Source: Microthyrium microscopicum (lineage: Eukaryota). Taken from it: a stretch of DNA of 64,000 bases. This document shows, piece by piece, positions 60,432-64,000 of the stretch (within the stretch, counting starts at the first letter, position 1; the number at the start of each line of letters is the position of its first letter). The notes beneath the pieces are model-generated. The model worked only from the letters and a program-made list of their open reading frames with translations, made no database searches and was not told where the DNA came from. The stretch covers positions 3,342,401 through 3,406,400 of the forward strand of contig MU004231.1 in the NCBI GenBank assembly GCA_010405405.1. Direction: 5' to 3'. Position numbers and translations under genes: made by a program.

Positions 60432-62916
60432 TAATTGGATTCAATCTGGTCGTGTGGTTGAATTGCTCGTGTGTAAGCAATGTCATGGATTGGACACGGC
60501 GCGATCCCATAATGAGCCTAATCATGGAGCTGACCGACTGGTCTTGATCGTGAAGCCTGCAGTCCGGGGATTCTGGTGGTTGGTGCCACAACAATGGCTA
60601 GAAATTTACAGTCAGTGAAAAATAAAAGTCGGCTTCATCGCCGCCGCGCCGGGAGGATTTAGAATTCAGAGAAGCCCACCGCGGGTTGTAGACCGCAGGT
60701 GGCAAAAGGAAGGATTAAATCAAGCGGTTCCAGAGAGGCGCTTGAGAATACGGAGCCTCCATCTCGCGATGCCTGCATGGGGACAGTTTGGAGGCGAGTG
60801 GCAGTCAGTTCCTGGCAGTTCCTGGCAGAAGTCAGGGGCCAAGACCTCCAAGAGTAGCTAAAATCCCAAGCTTCAGGAGGTGACTGGAGAGATGGCGCAA
60901 AAGGTCTGGCGAAGAAGAACGTTGGAGTTGCATGCTTTGGAGCCAACCAACTTACCCCTGCATCTTGGCAGGCTTGGCAGGTACCAAAATGGATCAAATG
61001 GCACCACAACTTCGCAGGATCAATTTTGGAGTACGATGTCGCATCCGTATACCCGTCCTCCAGAAATTGTCAACAAAATGTTGGATTCAATCATATTTCG
61101 CAACTGCACTTAAAGGAGGCACATGGAATATCAGAAGACATTGCGTGCTTCGGTGGTGGCAACCAGTCCTCATTAGGGTCATTTCTAAACAAACCCCTTT
61201 TCCGAGTATCGTGATCAATCGTGTTGTTGTTGACTCAACACAACATACAGCTTGCAAAATTCCGGAAGCCAGATGAGATACTCGTTATCACATCGGATCC
61301 GGCCGTAGATATTCGTGACAACATATTATGAGGAAGAGAAATTCACAACCACTGCAACTTGGGGGCCGGCTCCAAGCCATCTCGCTTCCTACCACGCGCG
61401 TTTATATAATCAGGAACGAATACTGGCCAACTCGCGTGATGCCTGTCATTTCAAGAAATTAACAGCGCCTAAATCGTATCGTGGAACACTTTTTGACTGG
61501 GGTGTCGGAAGACTCGGTGTCCAAAATAGGAATCTGTGGTCTAGAGGCGTTCTTTTGGCCGCTTAAAGTTGGTCAACAACCGCCAATTTACGCTACTTCA
61601 CTGGCTCCTTAAGCTTTTCAGTCCTTGTTGACAAAAGTGCCACTCCTTTTCTTCGTCGCCCACGAGAGCCGTTTTGGTCATTTGGTTGAGCAGCCCTTGT
61701 TCGGATTTCCGAACAAAAAGCAGTCAGGTCTGCGATGATATAATTTGAGGAAGCTCGCGAGCGTGAAATTTGCACCAACCCGCCCGTCACCGCGATCAAC
61801 ATTGTTTGTCGTATATTCAATAGCTCACTTTCAGCACTATTTGGGTGCTCAACATACGATGTGATGCTAAATATATCTTACAGAATTTGCGGAAAGGTTC
61901 CAGGCACTCGGTCCCACTTCCCAGACAAGATCGTCTTGATCTTCTGATCCACCATGTGTTTCTAGCGGACGATCTTACTCCGTAGTGGCTCCACTTTTCA
62001 TAACTTCACGTTCTTCTGCAATTTAGAACTCGGGAAATTCATTCACACATGGATGGTGAAGTAGGTAATGAAGTTACTGTAGAGACTTCTTCCGTACTCC
62101 ATTCTCTATGCCATGAGCAATCTATGTGAATTCTTGAATCTGTTTTTGAGACTGCTTGCCGAAAGCATGCCTGGTTCTTGCCCGCTTGGAAGTAACGAAA
62201 AGTACCTAGGTACATTTCGATTGCATATAAACCAATGCTACCAATAACAGCAACATTTGCTCTCCATCATACTCGATCAGACCACTTTAGTTGGCAAGAG
62301 TTGAGTGGACTTTCGTTGGGGGCTCTGCCTCGCTACTTCTTCCTCAAAACAACCTATCTTCACTGCTTTCCTCGTTTCTATGCAGGACTGATGCTATACG
62401 GGCCATCTCTGCATATTCCCTCGATAACAGTTCCATTTGCAACATAAATACGCTGCGGACAGATATACCGACAGAATCTCTACTTAGAGTTATTTGGCTA
62501 ATGCGTTAGGACTGGTTTGAATTTTTCATGCAGTCCAGAATAAGGACGCGATGTCTATCTTAGAGACAATTGATGCCGCCGACCCCATATTAGCTTCGTG
62601 AGTCGCATCATAAGTACCTAGGTACCTAGGTATGTGAGGAGTCGTGTCTGGGAGCCTTGGCTACGATTGGACTGTCCCGGTGGTTACTCATTGCTAGTCG
62701 TCTGTTCTGAAGACCTTCAAGTAAATAGCAGATTGTGAGATCATGCTCAGAGTGCGTATAGGTTAACTTCGTCCAATTCTGTCACCAGTATGCCTCTTTT
62801 GTCTAAAGATCAATCGTTTCGTAGTATGCAAATGTAGGTAGTCTATCTATATTTATCTTCGATTCCCAGTGCTGGCAAAAGTTTGTCTCCGAAACACTGA
62901 TTTCTCGGCTGGACTT

Positions 62917-64000
62917 TCACAGTTTCCATACTTCCTCATGCTTCTTGGCAAGGTAGATAGTCTGGAAATGAAACCTATCTCTTAAGGACTCTTGACTAAC
63001 TGATTGCAATGAAGACTTTCTGATAAATGCGCCAGGAGGATACCCTAGTAACGGAAGCGTAATGAGATATGACGGACGTGAGGTGCGACAGCAGTTCAAA
63101 ATTGCCTCCCACTGTGAGGCATCTGACTTCCGAATTAATTGTAGGCGTATGCGAAGACCTTTGTTGGTCAACTCGAATGGCTCATCCACCCAGTTGCAAG
63201 GAACAATGTCCGCACTTGCCTTGAAACATACTGGTGACTGTGCAAAGACTCCGAGGAGAGGTAGAGGTTCCGGATTTGACATATATTGTGCAGACCAGGC
63301 AAAAATGCTTTGATCACGGGACGCTTGTATGATGTTTTCTTGAAGGCGAATAAATGCTTTAGCTAGCCCTTCTCCATAAAGAAGCGGCAGAGTGCAGTCA
63401 AATATTCCCAGTAGGCAGTATGCAGTGTCTTCTGGTTTTGTTGTTTGTCTGGTAGAGGCCCAAGACATACGTTTTGCAATACTCTTCTCATACAGAAACG
63501 AGCTTCCAGTAAGCAACACATCTTCATCAATTTTTGTGATTTTGTAAATGTTTTTCACTAGACTCTTTCGAGTACCAAACTCTTTCCATTCTCCAGAGTA
63601 GAAGCGTACAGTAGAAGGGGCTATCAGTTCCTGCAATGTCCATCCGCGAGTGAACCAGCGACTTTTGTCGAGTGAGCTTGGGTCAGCCTCATCATAGTCT
63701 TCGAGATAAGCATAACAGACAGCCGATTTCTTGTACCACTGAAACATGGAGTTGATAGCTTCAGAAAGCTCTGCGCTGGAACTTTTGTCGATTGTGCAAG
63801 TGTCGATCCAGGCATAGGAATAACCTTCGTCAGCGGCAATCTGGCAGCACTTGACGATCTTTTGATATCCTTGCTTTTCTTGACCAGTTCCATCTCTCAT
63901 CTCAGCATAGCTGACCTCTTCTGGACCCCATGTGTGCGAGAGAATGGCGTAGGCTGGGGCCTCTCCCAGAAAATACTCTAGCTGGAGGGTCTTAGTATTG
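62917..64000 (-). CDS. HET-domain (HET-E-type N-terminus) heterokaryon incompatibility protein; 5' end just outside the window
   Basis: NTKTLQLEYF..YAILSHTWGPEEVSY, GYQKIVKCC, YAWIDTCTIDKSSSAELSEAINSMFQWY, WFTRGWTLQELIAP, SIAKRMSWASTRQTT, AYCLLGIF, LLYGEG, DQSIFAW. Confidence 0.93.
   Translation of the reverse strand, partial: NTKTLQLEYFLGEAPAYAILSHTWGPEEVSYAEMRDGTGQEKQGYQKIVKCCQIAADEGYSYAWIDTCTIDKSSSAELSEAINSMFQWYKKSAVCYAYLEDYDEADPSSLDKSRWFTRGWTLQELIAPSTVRFYSGEWKEFGTRKSLVKNIYKITKIDEDVLLTGSSFLYEKSIAKRMSWASTRQTTKPEDTAYCLLGIFDCTLPLLYGEGLAKAFIRLQENIIQASRDQSIFAWSAQYMSNPEPLPLLGVFAQSPVCFKASADIVPCNWVDEPFELTNKGLRIRLQLIRKSDASQWEAILNCCRTSRPSYLITLPLLGYPPGAFIRKSSLQSVSQESLRDRFHFQTIYLAKKHEEVWKL

Noticed and set aside
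1..64000. tRNA, rRNA, CRISPR arrays, autonomous transposases, Starship captain
   Set aside because: None was recognised by eye. tRNAscan-SE or Infernal would be needed to exclude small RNAs.

Overview
A gene-dense 64 kb segment of a filamentous ascomycete genome (Pezizomycotina; Dothideomycete-like by inference), judged from short GT-AG introns with CTAAC/CTGAC branch points and fungal gene families. About 24 genes are supported. Enzymes, transporter and housekeeping genes: two Aim9/APH-like phosphotransferases, a GH114 hydrolase, Ste23/insulysin, an EthD protein, a Baeyer-Villiger monooxygenase, a GST, a peroxisomal SDR, an MFS transporter and arginyl-tRNA synthetase. A secreted ricin-B lectin lies at 7.1-7.7 kb. 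The right-hand block (45-64 kb) holds secreted and conflict-type genes: a PAN/GLEYA adhesin, a small Cys-rich protein, a Ser/Thr-rich protein, an ADP-ribosyl-cyclase-like protein, an ankyrin protein, an F-box-like protein, a GPI chitin deacetylase, a MITE and a HET-domain protein. Three observations stand out. (1) Two tandem genes for 30-31 aa six-cysteine peptides ending in the CaaX box CVVM, each with a 5'UTR intron, lie about 4.5 kb from STE23; neither is called as such in the ORF track. (2) A four-exon secreted protein carries CD38/ADP-ribosyl-cyclase-like motifs and is followed by an ankyrin gene, a possible toxin-immunity pair. (3) A 224-bp TIR MITE sits in the chitin deacetylase promoter. 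All family calls come from reading motifs by eye; no searches were run.
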